A stretch of 64,000 nt of DNA from an uncultured Solirubrobacterales bacterium (GCA_963697945.1 OY969105.1:3035269-3099268); one strand, 5' to 3'; positions 17,832 to 28,738 are shown, counted from the stretch's first letter. Notes: generated by a model from the letters alone, not told the origin. Made by a program: numbers and translations.

Positions 17832-18353
17832 CTAGCTCTCGACGATGTGGCAAGTGCCGCCCGCAGCCTCGATGCGCTCACGGGCGGTGGCGCTGAAGGC
17901 GTGGGCGTGGACGGTGAGCGCGTACGTAAGCTCACCGCGGGCGAGGATCTTGATGGGGATGTCCTTGCGGGTGCCCAGCCCGACGGCCTTGAGCGACTCG
18001 ACGGTCACCTCGGCGTTGGCCTGAAAGCGATCGGCGAGATCGCCGATGTTCACCGGCTGGGTGTGTGTGCGGAAGGGCTCGAAGGGCATCGACTTCTTCA
18101 TGTGCGGACCGCGAAGCTTGCGCATGCGCATGTGGATCGGCATCTGGCCGCCCTCGAAGCGCGCGCGGCGCTTGGAGCCCGAGCGTGCGCCGGCGCCCTT
18201 CTGGCCGCGCCCGGAAGTCTTGCCCGTACCCGAGCCTTCGCCGCGACCGACGCGCTTGCGCGGGCGGCGGCTGCCGGGGGCGGGACTGAGGTTATGCAGT
18301 CCGATGCGCTGTGCGCCCGTGTCCTCGGTCGTGTCCTGTTTGGCCGGGCTCAT
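17832..18353 (-). CDS. rplO: 50S ribosomal protein L15
   Basis: KRVGRGEGSGTGKTSGRGQKG, FEGGQMP. Confidence 0.97.
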   Translation of the reverse strand: MSPAKQDTTEDTGAQRIGLHNLSPAPGSRRPRKRVGRGEGSGTGKTSGRGQKGAGARSGSKRRARFEGGQMPIHMRMRKLRGPHMKKSMPFEPFRTHTQPVNIGDLADRFQANAEVTVESLKAVGLGTRKDIPIKILARGELTYALTVHAHAFSATARERIEAAGGTCHIVES

Positions 18354-18547
18354 GAGGGCTCTTGCACCTCGACGAGATGACGCACGGCGTGCAACATGCC
18401 GCGCGCCTGGGGACAGTCGCGGACCTGGACGGTATGCCCGATACGGCGCAGGCCGAGCGAGCGCAACGTGTCGAGCTGGCGGCGATCTGAACCGTTGCCC
18501 GAACGGCGCTGGGTGACCGTGAGCATGGTGGCGGTGGCGGTGGCCAT
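18350..18547 (-). CDS. rpmD: 50S ribosomal protein L30
   Basis: LTVTQRRSGNG...TLRSLGLRRIGHTV; spc operon position. Confidence 0.93.
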   Translation of the reverse strand: MATATATMLTVTQRRSGNGSDRRQLDTLRSLGLRRIGHTVQVRDCPQARGMLHAVRHLVEVQEPS

Positions 18548-19248
18548 CAGGCGGAGGCCTCCTCGACCTCGGACTCTGGCTCGGTCGAGGTGTCCGCGGA
18601 TGTCTCCGTCTCGGCCTTCACGGCGTCGTCGGCGGGTGCCGGCGACTCGGCCGCTACCCGCGAGGACTCATCGGGGGACGCCTCGGGAGCGGTGACCGAC
18701 TCGGCGGCGCCGTCGGTGGGAGCACCGCCGAGGCCGAGCACCTTGTCGATTGACAGGCCCCGCAAGCGCGCGACCTCCTCGGGCGTGCGCAGACCGCGCA
18801 GACCTTCGATTGTGGCCTTGACGAGGTTGATCGGGTTCTGGGTTCCGAGGCTCTTGGAGAGGATGTCGTGGATCCCCGCGAGCTCGAGCACCGCGCGCAC
18901 GCCGCCGCCGGCGATCACGCCGGTACCGGGAGAGGCGGGCTTCAAGAGGACGCGCCCGGCGCCGAAGATGCCGGTCGTCTGATGGGTGATCGTGCTGCCG
19001 TGCCGGGGCACCTTGAAGAGGTCCTTCTTGGCGCGCTCGACGCCCTTTTGGATCGCGAGCGGAACCTCGTTTGCCTTGCCGTAGCCGACGCCGACGGTTT
19101 CGCGCTCGTCGCCGACGACCACGAGTGCGGTGAACGAGAAGCGCCGGCCGCCCTTGACGACCTTGGCGACGCGGTTGATCTCGACGACCCGCTCCTGGAG
19201 ATCCAGGCCGGACGGGCTGACTGAGCGATCGGATGTGATTGGGGTCAT
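18547..19248 (-). CDS. rpsE: 30S ribosomal protein S5 with acidic C-terminal tail
   Basis: [32 protein letters not shown]. Confidence 0.98.
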   Translation of the reverse strand: MTPITSDRSVSPSGLDLQERVVEINRVAKVVKGGRRFSFTALVVVGDERETVGVGYGKANEVPLAIQKGVERAKKDLFKVPRHGSTITHQTTGIFGAGRVLLKPASPGTGVIAGGGVRAVLELAGIHDILSKSLGTQNPINLVKATIEGLRGLRTPEEVARLRGLSIDKVLGLGGAPTDGAAESVTAPEASPDESSRVAAESPAPADDAVKAETETSADTSTEPESEVEEASA

Positions 19249-19288
19249 AGGTGGGAGACGGAAGAGAGTAGCGGGCTGGAAGCGAGCG

Positions 19289-19642
19289 TCAGACTGTCAG
19301 GCCGGACTCGCGGATGGATTCGGCGAACGCGCGGACGTGACCGTGGTAGCGATAACCGCCGCGATCGAACACCGCTTCGGACACCTCGGCGGCCTTCGCC
19401 CGCTCGGCGAGCAACTGGCCCGCGCGCGTGGCGGCCTCGGATTTGCCCAGTGAGCGCAGCTCGGGCTCGAACCAGGCGACGGCCGCGATCGTGCGTCCGG
19501 AGACGTCGTCGATGACCTGCGCGGAGAGCCCACGGTTGGAACGAAACACCGAGATCCGTGGGCGCGTGGCGGTGCCGGAGATCTTTGCACGCACGCGGCG
19601 ACGACGTTTGAGCCGGCGGCGCTCCTTGGTGATGACGGTCAT
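19289..19642 (-). CDS. rplR: 50S ribosomal protein L18
   Basis: [23 protein letters not shown]. Confidence 0.97.
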   Translation of the reverse strand: MTVITKERRRLKRRRRVRAKISGTATRPRISVFRSNRGLSAQVIDDVSGRTIAAVAWFEPELRSLGKSEAATRAGQLLAERAKAAEVSEAVFDRGGYRYHGHVRAFAESIRESGLTV

Positions 19643-19644
19643 GA

Positions 19645-20178
19645 CTAGGCCCTCTTCCCGACCTTGCGCTGGACGTACTCGCCCTCGTAGCGGATGCCCT
19701 TGCCCTTGTATGGCTCTGGCGGGCGCTGCTTGCGGATGATCGCGGCGGTCTCGCCGACGAGCTGCTTGGAGATTCCCTTGACGACGATGCGCGTCGGCTG
19801 GGGGACTTCGAATTCGATCCCGGCGGGCGCGGGGATCGGCACAGGATGGGAATAGCCGACGGCGAGCTCGAGGTTCTTGCCCTTCAGCTGCGCGCGGTAT
19901 CCGACCCCCTGGATCTCCAGGCGCTTTTCGTAGCCGTCGGTGACGCCCTGAACCATGTTGGCCAGCAGCGAGCGTGTGAGGCCGTGCAGCGCCCGGTGCT
20001 CGCCGCGATCGGTGGGTCGCGAGACGCGCAGCACCTCACCCTCCTGCACGACGCCGATGTCGCGGGAGATGCGCTCGGACAGTTCGCCTTTGGGGCCGCT
20101 GACGCGCACCGACTCGGGCTCGATCGCGACCGTCACGCCGGAGGGCACGGTAATGGGCTGTCTGCCTATACGGGACAT
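19645..20178 (-). CDS. rplF: 50S ribosomal protein L6
   Basis: [21 protein letters not shown]. Confidence 0.98.
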   Translation of the reverse strand: MSRIGRQPITVPSGVTVAIEPESVRVSGPKGELSERISRDIGVVQEGEVLRVSRPTDRGEHRALHGLTRSLLANMVQGVTDGYEKRLEIQGVGYRAQLKGKNLELAVGYSHPVPIPAPAGIEFEVPQPTRIVVKGISKQLVGETAAIIRKQRPPEPYKGKGIRYEGEYVQRKVGKRA

Positions 20179-20194
20179 CGCTGGTTCCGTTCCC

Positions 20195-20602
20195 TCACCA
20201 GACCTGCGCCAGAACCTCGCCGCCGACGCCGGCAGCGCGCGCGTCGTGGCCGGTCATCACGCCGTGAGAGGTAGAGACGATCGAAGTGCCCATGCCGCCG
20301 AGCACCTTGGGGATGTGCTTGGCGTCGACATACGTGCGCCGTCCCGGACGGGACACGCGCCGCAATCCCGAGATCGCCGAGCGGCGATCGTCTGTGTACT
20401 TGAGCGTTATCTGGATCGACTTGCCGGGACCGCCGTCGGGAGCGGCGCCCACGGACCATGACTCGATGTAGCCCTGCTCGGCGAGGATTCGCGCGAGCTC
20501 GGACTTGAGCGTGGAAGCGGGTATGTCGACCGTCTCGTGGGCGGCGTGGATCGCGTTGCGCACCCGCGTGAGAAAGTCGGCTATCGGATCTGTCATGGAC
20601 AT
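20195..20602 (-). CDS. rpsH: 30S ribosomal protein S8
   Basis: [33 protein letters not shown]. Confidence 0.98.
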   Translation of the reverse strand: MSMTDPIADFLTRVRNAIHAAHETVDIPASTLKSELARILAEQGYIESWSVGAAPDGGPGKSIQITLKYTDDRRSAISGLRRVSRPGRRTYVDAKHIPKVLGGMGTSIVSTSHGVMTGHDARAAGVGGEVLAQVW

Positions 20603-20642
20603 GGCTGAATGTGTACTGGGTTGAGTTCTGTGTGTTCGGCGA

Positions 20643-20828
20643 CTACCAGGAGGACTTGGTCATCCCCGGTATCTGACCGTTGTGGGCGAGCTCGCGCAGG
20701 CAGATGCGGCAGATCCCGAACTTGCGATAGACAGAGCGCGGGCGCCCGCAGCGATTGCAGCGAGTATAGGCGCGCGTTTTGAATTTGGGCGTGCGCGTCT
20801 GCTTGACGCGCAGAGAAACCTTGGCCAT
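20643..20828 (-). CDS. rpsN: 30S ribosomal protein S14 type Z
   Basis: 61 aa; RCNRCGR and ICRIC zinc ligands. Confidence 0.96.
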   Translation of the reverse strand: MAKVSLRVKQTRTPKFKTRAYTRCNRCGRPRSVYRKFGICRICLRELAHNGQIPGMTKSSW

Positions 20829-21460
20829 CAGTCGGCGTCCTTTAGATCGGCGTTGTCCGCTGTGTTTGCGTCGTCGGGGTCGTCAAAGCCGGCGGGTCGG
20901 CCTTGACGGGCGAAGGGCATGCCGAACGCCTCCAGGAGGGCGAATGCCTCGGCATCGCTGGTGGCGGTGGTCGTGATCGTGATGTCCAGGCCACGGATCT
21001 GATCGATCGAGTCGTAGTCGATCTCGGGAAAGATGATCTGCTCCTTGACGCCCAGCGAGTAGTTGCCGCGCCCGTCGAAGGACCGCGGGTTCAGGCCACG
21101 GAAGTCGCGGATCCGGGGAATCGCGATCGAGACGAGGCGGTCGAGGAACTCGTAGCCGCGCTCGGCTCGCAGCGTCACGGCGATGCCTACGGGCATACCC
21201 TCGCGCAGTTTGAATGCCGCGATCGACTTGCGCGCACGACGTACGCTCGGGCGCTGGCCGGCGATCGTTGCCAGCTGATCTTGCGCCGCCTTCAGCGCTT
21301 TGGAGTCCTGCTTGGCCATGCCGACGCCCATGTTGAGCACGACCTTCTCGAGTTTGGGCGCCTGCATCGGGGAGGAGTAGCCGAAGCGCTGGATCAACGC
21401 CGGACGAATCTCGTCCAGGTAGCGACTCTTCAGGCGGGCTGGGGGGGCTGTGGCGTTCAT
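20828..21460 (-). CDS. rplE: 50S ribosomal protein L5
   Basis: [26 protein letters not shown]. Confidence 0.98.
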   Translation of the reverse strand: MNATAPPARLKSRYLDEIRPALIQRFGYSSPMQAPKLEKVVLNMGVGMAKQDSKALKAAQDQLATIAGQRPSVRRARKSIAAFKLREGMPVGIAVTLRAERGYEFLDRLVSIAIPRIRDFRGLNPRSFDGRGNYSLGVKEQIIFPEIDYDSIDQIRGLDITITTTATSDAEAFALLEAFGMPFARQGRPAGFDDPDDANTADNADLKDAD

Positions 21461-21489
21461 GGTCTGGGTTCAGTCGGTGGTGGTTGGTC

Positions 21490-21858
21490 CTAGTCGATGA
21501 CAGCGCCGGAGCGTACGGCCACGCGCGAGCGTTTACCGCCGCTACGGTCGATCCGCACGCGTGTCGGCTGGCCTTTGGGGTCCAGCAGGACGACGTTGGA
21601 GATGTGGATGGGTCCCTCGCGCTCGATCACGCCGCCGAGCTGAGCCTGGGTCTGCGAACCGGCCACTTCCCGGGGACGGGTATGGCGCTTGATCATGTTC
21701 AGGCCCTCGACGTAGACGCGCTCGTTGGCCGGCTCGGTGCGCAGCACGCGACCGGTCTTGCCGCGGTCCTTGCCAGAGACGACACGCACCTGATCGCCCG
21801 AGCGGATCTTCAGCGTGCGCCGCTTGGGGGCGACGGCGGATTTGCGAGCAGCCATCAC
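21490..21858 (-). CDS. rplX: 50S ribosomal protein L24
   Basis: KOW motif [25 protein letters not shown]. Confidence 0.97.
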   Translation of the reverse strand: MMAARKSAVAPKRRTLKIRSGDQVRVVSGKDRGKTGRVLRTEPANERVYVEGLNMIKRHTRPREVAGSQTQAQLGGVIEREGPIHISNVVLLDPKGQPTRVRIDRSGGKRSRVAVRSGAVID

Positions 21859-22223
21859 AGCACCTCCGGCGCGAGCGAGACGATCTTCATGAAGTTGCGC
21901 TCGCGCAGTTCGCGAGCCACCGGGCCGAACACTCGCGTGCCGCGCGGGTTGTTCTGCTCGTCGATGATCACGGCGGCGTTCTCGTCGAAGGCGATGTAGG
22001 TGCCGTCGTCGCGCCCGATCGGCTTTTTCGTACGCACCACAACGGCGGTCACGACCTCGCCCTTTTTAACGGCGCCCTGTGGGTTGGCCTGCTTGACGGT
22101 CGCCGTGATCACGTCACCGACGAAGGCATACCGGCGCCGAGAGCCGCCCTTGACACGGATACAGAGGATCTCGCGCGCGCCGGTGTTGTCGGCCACACGC
22201 AGTCGGGTCTCGTTTTGGATCAT
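21855..22223 (-). CDS. rplN: 50S ribosomal protein L14
   Basis: [31 protein letters not shown]. Confidence 0.98.
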   Translation of the reverse strand: MIQNETRLRVADNTGAREILCIRVKGGSRRRYAFVGDVITATVKQANPQGAVKKGEVVTAVVVRTKKPIGRDDGTYIAFDENAAVIIDEQNNPRGTRVFGPVARELRERNFMKIVSLAPEVL

Positions 22224-22840
22224 CGCGCGCGCTCCAGCACGTCGACGAGCCTCCAGCGCTTGCTGCGCGACAGCGGCCGGCTCTCGATCACGCGCACCGT
22301 GTCGCCCTCGTGCGCGTCGTTGTTCTCGTCATGCGCGTGCAGCGTGCTCGAGCTGCGCACGATCTTCTCGTAGCGACGGTGCCTGCGGGCGGTGTCGATG
22401 CGGACCGTGATCGTCTTGTCGGCCTTGTCGGAGACGACGATTCCCTGGCGCACCTTGCGCACGCCCTCGGCCTGCGCGTGCACCGGCGCCAATGGCTCGG
22501 GAGCGCTGACGGCACCGCTGGCGCGGGCCGCGGTTCGCTTGGCGCGTTCCTGTAGGCGCCGGGTGCGACGACGAGCCGCCTTGGCCTTGCGCTCGGCCGC
22601 GCGTTCGGCGTGACGCTCCTCGGGGGAGCGCGCCGGGCGGGCCTCGCCGGCGTGCGTCGAACGCGCGGCGCGGCGACGCTCCTTGGGCGTGAGCTGCTCG
22701 GCCGTCTCAACCGCTGCGCTATCCGCTGCATCGGTGGAGGAGGCGGGCGCCGCGGGCGTGTCCGCCTCGGCAGCGGGCGCCTGCTCGCCTGTGTCAGGCG
22801 GGGGGGTCTCGGTGGTCTCGTCGTCTGTGTCGTCAGCCAT
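22220..22840 (-). CDS. rpsQ: 30S ribosomal protein S17 with long N-terminal extension
   Basis: C-terminal S17 domain ([27 protein letters not shown]); in-frame extension to an ATG just after rpmC. Confidence 0.93.
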   Translation of the reverse strand: MADDTDDETTETPPPDTGEQAPAAEADTPAAPASSTDAADSAAVETAEQLTPKERRRAARSTHAGEARPARSPEERHAERAAERKAKAARRRTRRLQERAKRTAARASGAVSAPEPLAPVHAQAEGVRKVRQGIVVSDKADKTITVRIDTARRHRRYEKIVRSSSTLHAHDENNDAHEGDTVRVIESRPLSRSKRWRLVDVLERAR

Positions 22841-22867
22841 GTCTTCTCAGCTCATCCTGTTCTGTGA

Positions 22868-23080
22868 TCAGTTGCCCTGGGGCGACCCGGAGGCCAGCTC
22901 GCGCTCACGCGCGACCGTGAGGGCGCGCGCCAGGTCACGCCTGGCGCGGGGAATGCCCGCGGTGTCGTCGAGTTCTCCGGTCGCGTTGGCGAAGCGCAGA
23001 CCGAACAGGTCTTTGCGCATGGTCGCGATCTGCTTGTCGAGTTCGTCGCTCTGAAGGTCTCTCATCTGCTTGGCGTCCAT
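22868..23080 (-). CDS. rpmC: 50S ribosomal protein L29
   Basis: DLFGLRFANATGEL, RRDLARALTV. Confidence 0.95.
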   Translation of the reverse strand: MDAKQMRDLQSDELDKQIATMRKDLFGLRFANATGELDDTAGIPRARRDLARALTVARERELASGSPQGN

Positions 23081-23083
23081 CGG

Positions 23084-23494
23084 TCAGTCCTCGCGCAACA
23101 CGAACTTAGATTTCACCGGGAGCTTGTGCGCGGCCAGTCGGATCGCATCGCGAGCCAGCGGCTCTGGCACTCCGGCCAGCTCGAACATCACGCGACCGGG
23201 CTTCACGACAGCGACCCAGCCTTCGGGCGATCCCTTGCCCGAGCCCATCCGCGTCTCGGCCGGCTTCTTGGTGACCGGCTTGTCCGGGAACACGTTGATC
23301 CAAACCTTGCCGCCACGCTTGATCTTGCGGGTCATCGCAATACGAGCGGCCTCGATCTGGCGGTTCGTGAGCCAGCCCTCCTCGAGCGCCTTCAGGCCAT
23401 ACTCGCCGAACTGGACCTTGACCTGCCCGCGCGAGACACCACCGCGACGCCCGCGGTGCTGCTTGCGATGCTTGACACGCTTGGGAGAAAGCAT
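23084..23494 (-). CDS. rplP: 50S ribosomal protein L16
   Basis: [27 protein letters not shown]. Confidence 0.98.
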   Translation of the reverse strand: MLSPKRVKHRKQHRGRRGGVSRGQVKVQFGEYGLKALEEGWLTNRQIEAARIAMTRKIKRGGKVWINVFPDKPVTKKPAETRMGSGKGSPEGWVAVVKPGRVMFELAGVPEPLARDAIRLAAHKLPVKSKFVLRED

Positions 23495-24408
23495 CAGCGG
23501 GGACCTCCGCCGCCGCCACCGGAGCGAGGACCACGTCCCCCTCCTCCACCTCCGGGACCACGTCCACCACCACCGCCGCCCCCGCGACCGCCGGGACCGC
23601 CGAAACCGCCGCCGCGACCGCCACGTCCACCGCCCGGTCCGCCGCCGCGACCGCCGGGACCACCACTACCGCCGCGTCCACGCCCGCGCCCGTCACGCCC
23701 GTCGCGCCCTCCGCGCCCGTCACGATCGTTGCCGGGAGGGGCCGGCGCGGTCATGTCGGTGAGGTCAGCGCCGGTGTATCCCTCGGGCATGATCTCGCCC
23801 TTGTTCACCCAGCACTTGACGCCGATGCGCCCAAACGTCGTGCGCGCCTCGTAGAAGCCGTAGTCGATGTCGGCGCGCATCGTGTGCAGCGGCACGCGGC
23901 CGTCGGAGTAGCTTTCGGTGCGCGCCATCTCGGCGCCGCCCAGACGGCCCGCGACCTGCACCTTTACGCCCTTGGCGCCGGAGCGCATCGCGCTTGTCAG
24001 CGCACGCTTCATCGCGCGACGGAAGGCGACACGGTTTTGCAGTTGCTCGGCGATCGACTGCGCGACCAGCTTGGCATCGAGCTCCGGGCGCTTGATCTCG
24101 AGAATGTTGACCTTGATCTGCTTGGAGGTCAGGCGATGAAGATCGCGGCGCAGCGCGTCGACTTCGGTGCCGGACTTGCCGATCACGATGCCCGGGCGAG
24201 CGGTGTGGATGTTGACCTCGAGTTCGTTCGCGTCCTTGCGAATCGTGATGTCTGAGAGGCCGGCGTGCGCAAGCTTGCCGATGATGTGTTCGCGCACGCG
24301 AATGTCCTCGGCGAGATACTCGGAGAACGAGCGCTCGTTGAACCAGTTCGACTTCCAGTCATGGATGTAGCCGACGCGCATCGCCTCGGGGTGAACCTTT
24401 TGTCCCAT
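23494..24408 (-). CDS. rpsC: 30S ribosomal protein S3 with Gly/Arg-rich C-terminal tail
   Basis: [35 protein letters not shown]. Confidence 0.98.
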   Translation of the reverse strand: MGQKVHPEAMRVGYIHDWKSNWFNERSFSEYLAEDIRVREHIIGKLAHAGLSDITIRKDANELEVNIHTARPGIVIGKSGTEVDALRRDLHRLTSKQIKVNILEIKRPELDAKLVAQSIAEQLQNRVAFRRAMKRALTSAMRSGAKGVKVQVAGRLGGAEMARTESYSDGRVPLHTMRADIDYGFYEARTTFGRIGVKCWVNKGEIMPEGYTGADLTDMTAPAPPGNDRDGRGGRDGRDGRGRGRGGSGGPGGRGGGPGGGRGGRGGGFGGPGGRGGGGGGGRGPGGGGGGRGPRSGGGGGGPR

Positions 24409-24481
24409 TTGCCGTTTCTCTGCTTCTCTCTTGGTCTGGAGTCTGTGTTGTGTTTGTGTGTGGTGGTAAGTGCGAGCCGGT

Positions 24482-25138
24482 CTAGGAGCCCGGGGTCAAA
24501 GTGATCGTCAGGTGGCTCGTACGCTTGTGAATCGGCGTTGCACGCCCCATCGCGCGCGGGCGAAAGCGCTTGATCGTCGGCCCCTCGTCGGCGTAGGCCT
24601 CGCGAACGACGAGATCTTCCTCGAGCAGTTCGTGATTGTTCTCGGCGTTCGCTACCGCCGACTCCAACAGCTTGCTCCAGTCGCGCGCCACCTCACGAGA
24701 GGTGAAGGCGAGGATAGCGCGTGCCTCGGGAACGGTCTTGCCGCGGATGTGGGGGCACACCATCCGCGCCTTGCGCGCCGAGGTCCGCACGTAACGCGCA
24801 TGCGCCCGCACGACTCGGCGGCGTGGCGGTTTTCCGGCGGCGCCACGAGCGGCTTTCTTGCTCTCGCTCGCGGGAGCCTCCTTCGCCGCCGACTCCTTGG
24901 CGGTCGGCTCTTTGGCGCTCTCGCTCTTGACCGCGGACTCTTTGGTCGCTTTTTTGGCAGCCGGTTTCTTGCCCTCGTCGCTCTTGGCCGCGGTCTCATC
25001 GGTCGCCTGCGTGTTCGCCTCCGTGCCTTTAGCGGCAGCTTTGGCCGGTTTTTTGGCGGCGGCTTTCTTGGCGGCCGGTTTCTTTGCGGCCTCGCTCTCC
25101 TCGGGCACCTTCTCGCCCTGCTCCTCCTCGGCGCTCAT
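24482..25138 (-). CDS. rplV: 50S ribosomal protein L22 with Lys/Ala/Glu-rich N-terminal extension
   Basis: [31 protein letters not shown]; start ATG 25138 overlaps the rpsS stop. Confidence 0.94.
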   Translation of the reverse strand: MSAEEEQGEKVPEESEAAKKPAAKKAAAKKPAKAAAKGTEANTQATDETAAKSDEGKKPAAKKATKESAVKSESAKEPTAKESAAKEAPASESKKAARGAAGKPPRRRVVRAHARYVRTSARKARMVCPHIRGKTVPEARAILAFTSREVARDWSKLLESAVANAENNHELLEEDLVVREAYADEGPTIKRFRPRAMGRATPIHKRTSHLTITLTPGS

Positions 25139-25410
25139 CAGCGGACCTTCCCCGATCCGGCATGACCGCGGAAGACGCGCGTGGGCGCGAACTCGCCGAG
25201 CTTGTGGCCGACCATCGACTCGCTGATGAACACGGGCACGTGTTTCTTGCCGTCGTGCACGGCGATCGTGTGCCCGACCATCTCCGGGAAGATCGTCGAG
25301 GCGCGCGACCAGGTGCGCAGCATTTTTTTGTTGTTCTCGGCGTTCAACGCCTCGATGCGGGAGAGCAAACGCTCCTGCACCCACGGGCCCTTCTTGCTTG
25401 AGCGACTCAT
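25138..25410 (-). CDS. rpsS: 30S ribosomal protein S19
   Basis: [28 protein letters not shown]; start ATG 25410. Confidence 0.98.
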   Translation of the reverse strand: MSRSSKKGPWVQERLLSRIEALNAENNKKMLRTWSRASTIFPEMVGHTIAVHDGKKHVPVFISESMVGHKLGEFAPTRVFRGHAGSGKVR

Positions 25411-25425
25411 GTCAGCGATTCCCTC

Positions 25426-25529
25426 CCACGGATACGTAGGGCAAGCTGGGCAAGGACGCAGTGAGCGAAGTGTGCTGTGCACACGAGTGATCGAGGACGC
25501 CGATCCAGCGCCGCCATACGTGTTCGTGG
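25426..25529 (+). repeat. Structured ~104-bp dispersed element, copy A
   Basis: 13-bp outer stem CCACGGATACGTA/TACGTGTTCGTGG, inner GCTGG/CCAGC, AGGACGC direct repeats, apical GTGTGC-TGT-GCACAC. Confidence 0.8.
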
Positions 25530-25530
25530 C

Positions 25531-26376
25531 TCATCGTTGCTTGCCCTTCCCGCGCCTGCGGCCGCGGACGATGTACTTGTCGGAGTTCTTGTTCTGCTTG
25601 CGCGTGCGATAGCCGAGCGTCGGCACTCCCCACGGGGTCACCGGATGACGACCCGCAGTGGTCGAGCCCTCGCCGCCGCCGTGCGGGTGATCGACAGGGT
25701 TCATCGCGGTGCCGCGTGTCTGCGGGCGCACGCCCATGTGGCGCTTGCGCCCCGCCTTGCCGACCTTGACGTTCTGGTGCTCGGCGTTACCGATCGTGCC
25801 GACGGTCGCCCGGCACTCGGCGCGGACCATCCGCATCTCGCCGGAGGGCAGACGCAGCGTCGCCATGTCGCCGTCGCGAGCCATCAACTGCACTCCGGCG
25901 CCGGCCGAGCGCGCCATCTGCCCGCCACGCCCGGGCTGCAGCTCGACGTTGTGCACGACCGTGCCGACGGGCATGCGCGAGAGCGCCAGGCAGTTGCCGA
26001 CCGCGATGTCCGCGTCATCGCCGGATGAGACGGTCATGCCCACGGTCAGGCGCTGGGGGGCGAGGATGTAGCGCTTCTCGCCATCGACGTAGTGCAGCAG
26101 CGCAATGTAGGAGGAGCGGTTGGGGTCATACTCGATCGCCGCGACCTTCGCGGGCACGCCGTCCTTGCGGCGCTTGAAGTCGATGCGCCGATAGGCACGC
26201 TTGGCGCCGCCACCGCGATGGCGGGCGGTCTTGCGTCCGTGAGCGTTGCGCCCACCGCTCTTCTTCAAGCCCTCGACGAGCGTCTTCTCCGGCTCGGACT
26301 TCGTGATCTCGGCGAAGTCCGGATAGGAGACGAAGCGTCGTCCGGGACTGGTGGGCTTGGGCTTGCGAATGGCCAT
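25531..26376 (-). CDS. rplB: 50S ribosomal protein L2
   Basis: [25 protein letters not shown]. Confidence 0.98.
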   Translation of the reverse strand: MAIRKPKPTSPGRRFVSYPDFAEITKSEPEKTLVEGLKKSGGRNAHGRKTARHRGGGAKRAYRRIDFKRRKDGVPAKVAAIEYDPNRSSYIALLHYVDGEKRYILAPQRLTVGMTVSSGDDADIAVGNCLALSRMPVGTVVHNVELQPGRGGQMARSAGAGVQLMARDGDMATLRLPSGEMRMVRAECRATVGTIGNAEHQNVKVGKAGRKRHMGVRPQTRGTAMNPVDHPHGGGEGSTTAGRHPVTPWGVPTLGYRTRKQNKNSDKYIVRGRRRGKGKQR

Positions 26377-26387
26377 ACGCTCGACTC

Positions 26388-26684
26388 CTAGTCCAGGGCC
26401 GCCAGGCCGTGGAATATCGGAATGCTGTCGCCCTCACGCAGTTGCACGATCGCCTTCTTCCACGTGCGCGTGCGCCCGTTGACGGTGCCGCGGCGCTTGG
26501 GCTTGGACTTGACGCTGAGAGTTCTGACCTCGACCACGTGCACGTCGAAGAGCTCTTGTACAGCTTGGCGAATCTGCGTCTTGTGGGCATCGGGATGAAC
26601 CCTGAACGTGTAGCGGTTGGCCGCCGAGAGGACATAACTCTTCTCGGAGACGACCGGGCGGATGATCACCTGGGAGCTGTCCAT
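26388..26684 (-). CDS. rplW: 50S ribosomal protein L23
   Basis: [31 protein letters not shown]; start ATG 26684. Confidence 0.96.
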   Translation of the reverse strand: MDSSQVIIRPVVSEKSYVLSAANRYTFRVHPDAHKTQIRQAVQELFDVHVVEVRTLSVKSKPKRRGTVNGRTRTWKKAIVQLREGDSIPIFHGLAALD

Positions 26685-27493
26685 CAGGATGCGTCCTTCG
26701 CCTCGGCGTCGTCGGCGCCGGCCTCGTCGTCGTCCTCGGCCGTGGCTACCGGCTCGGCGGTCACAGCCGGCTTGGAGGGCTTTGCGCTCTTTGACTTCGC
26801 GGCGCCGGTCTCGCCGGCGCTGACCTGCTCGGCCACCGACGCTCCGTTGGCCCGGGCGCTCAGGGCGTCGAGGGCCGTTTGTGAGCACACGAGCGAGGCC
26901 GCGCGAACGAGATCGGCGATGCCGACGTTCTCGTGTGTCAGCACCGCTACGCCCGCGAGATTGCGAAACGACAACGCGGCGTCGCGCTCCTCGGCGCCGA
27001 GCACCACGAGCGTGGGAAAAGGCTGTCCCCAGTCGTCGAGCAAGTCGGCTGCCGCACTGGTCTTGGGCGCCGCGAACGCCGAGGCGTCGAGCACCGCGAT
27101 GGAGCCCCGTCCCGCATGCAACGAGAGCGCGCTACGCAGCGCCGCACGCTGCTCCTTGCGGTTGACCTTGAAGGTGTAGGAGCGGGGCTGGGGACCGAAT
27201 ACGGTTCCTCCGCCGGTCCAGATGGGTGAGCGGCTTGATCCCGCACGAGCGCGACCGGTGCCCTTCTGACGCCAGGGCTTGGCGCCTCCGCCGGAGACCA
27301 TGCCACGGGTTTTGGTGGCAGCGGTCCCACGTCGGCGCGCGGCCTGCTCGGCGCGCACGCTCTGGTGAACGAGCGGTTCGTGCCAGCGCGCGGTAAAGGC
27401 GCTGTCTTTGAGCTTGACGGTTTTGCCGGCGCCGAGCACCGGTGCCTCCGGTGTCTTGGCGCCCGAACGTGTCTTGCCAGCCGCCTCAGGCAT
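26684..27493 (-). CDS. rplD: 50S ribosomal protein L4
   Basis: KPWRQKGTGRARAGSSRSP, GGGTVFGPQPR. Confidence 0.98.
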   Translation of the reverse strand: MPEAAGKTRSGAKTPEAPVLGAGKTVKLKDSAFTARWHEPLVHQSVRAEQAARRRGTAATKTRGMVSGGGAKPWRQKGTGRARAGSSRSPIWTGGGTVFGPQPRSYTFKVNRKEQRAALRSALSLHAGRGSIAVLDASAFAAPKTSAAADLLDDWGQPFPTLVVLGAEERDAALSFRNLAGVAVLTHENVGIADLVRAASLVCSQTALDALSARANGASVAEQVSAGETGAAKSKSAKPSKPAVTAEPVATAEDDDEAGADDAEAKDAS

Positions 27494-28103
27494 CGCCGCG
27501 CACCTCCACGACGCTACCCCTCGCGCCCGGGACCGAGCCGCGCACCATCAGCAGGTTCTTCTCGGCGTCCACCGCCACGACCTCGAGCCCCTTCTGGGTC
27601 GCCCGGCGGCTGCCCATGTGTCCGGGACCGCGCAGACCACGCAGCACCCGCGAAGGGGTCGCGGAGGCGCCGATCGAACCGGGCGCTCGCACGTTGTGCG
27701 AACCGTGGGACTTCGGGCCGCTGGCGAAGTTGTGACGCTTGATCGTCCCCTGAAAGCCCTTGCCCTTGGAGATCCCCGCGATCTTCACACGCGCGCCGAC
27801 CTCAAATGACTCGACGGTCACCGTCTCGCCGACCTGAAGCTCACCGGCCTCGTCGCGAAACTCGACGAGATGACGCATCGGCGGAGCGTCGGCCTTTTTC
27901 AGATGGCCGAGCTCGGCTTTGCTGAGGTGCTTCTCGCGGGCCGCCCCGAACGCGAGCTGGACGGCGTCATAGCCGTCGCGCTCAGTGCTGCGAATCGCCG
28001 TGACCGGACATGGCCCCGCCTCCAGCACCGTGACGCGAGCGACCGCCCCGTCCTCCTGGAAGAGCTGAGTCATACCGAGCTTCTTTGCGAGTATGGCCGC
28101 CAT
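27486..28103 (-). CDS. rplC: 50S ribosomal protein L3
   Basis: [28 protein letters not shown]. Confidence 0.98.
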   Translation of the reverse strand: MAAILAKKLGMTQLFQEDGAVARVTVLEAGPCPVTAIRSTERDGYDAVQLAFGAAREKHLSKAELGHLKKADAPPMRHLVEFRDEAGELQVGETVTVESFEVGARVKIAGISKGKGFQGTIKRHNFASGPKSHGSHNVRAPGSIGASATPSRVLRGLRGPGHMGSRRATQKGLEVVAVDAEKNLLMVRGSVPGARGSVVEVRGDA

Positions 28104-28112
28104 CGAATCGGG

Positions 28113-28439
28113 TTAGGTCGCCAGCCGGATCTCGATGTCGACGCCCGCGGGCAGATGGTCGAGGCGCTGCAAGGAATCGACCGTCTTGGGGGTCGGCTGA
28201 TGGATGTCGATCAGACGCTTGTGCGTGCGGATCTCGAAATGCTCGCGCGAGTCCTTGTCCTTGAACGGCGAGCGGATCACGCAGTAGACGTTCTTCTCGG
28301 TCGGCAGCGGGACCGGTCCGGACACGCTGGCACCCGTGCGCGTGGCCGTCTCCACGATCTCCTTGGCCGCGGACTCGATCGCGGAGGTGTCGTAGGCCTT
28401 GAGCCTTATGCGGATCTTGTTTTGGGTGGCTGGCGCCAT
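28113..28439 (-). CDS. rpsJ: 30S ribosomal protein S10
   Basis: [32 protein letters not shown]. Confidence 0.98.
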   Translation of the reverse strand: MAPATQNKIRIRLKAYDTSAIESAAKEIVETATRTGASVSGPVPLPTEKNVYCVIRSPFKDKDSREHFEIRTHKRLIDIHQPTPKTVDSLQRLDHLPAGVDIEIRLAT

Positions 28440-28704
28440 GGATTCGTTTGTGCTCTCTCGTGCTCGGTATCGGGGTTTCGCTGGTATCGGTCCTGCGTGT
28501 GCACTCTCGGTTTTCCCCCTCGACCGGGCGCCGGCTGAATGCCGGCCGGCCCAGGCGCCACCAAGCTCGGCGGCGGGCGGAACTCCCCCGGTGATCTCTG
28601 GGCGGCAGAGAAAGGGCGGATCCCGTGTCGGGGAACCGCCCCCTTCAATGCACGCCCCCGCGGTGGAGCGGTGTTAGTCGTATCGGACTGCCAATTGAAT
28701 GCGC

Positions 28705-28727
28705 CGCCGCCGGGGATCCCGGCGGCG
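28705..28727 (-). terminator. Hairpin just downstream of tuf, possible terminator or processing site
   Basis: CGCCGCCGGG-GAT-CCCGGCGGCG 10-bp stem, 11 nt after the tuf stop; no clear U-tract. Confidence 0.45.
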
Positions 28728-28738
28728 AACGCCCGGTA

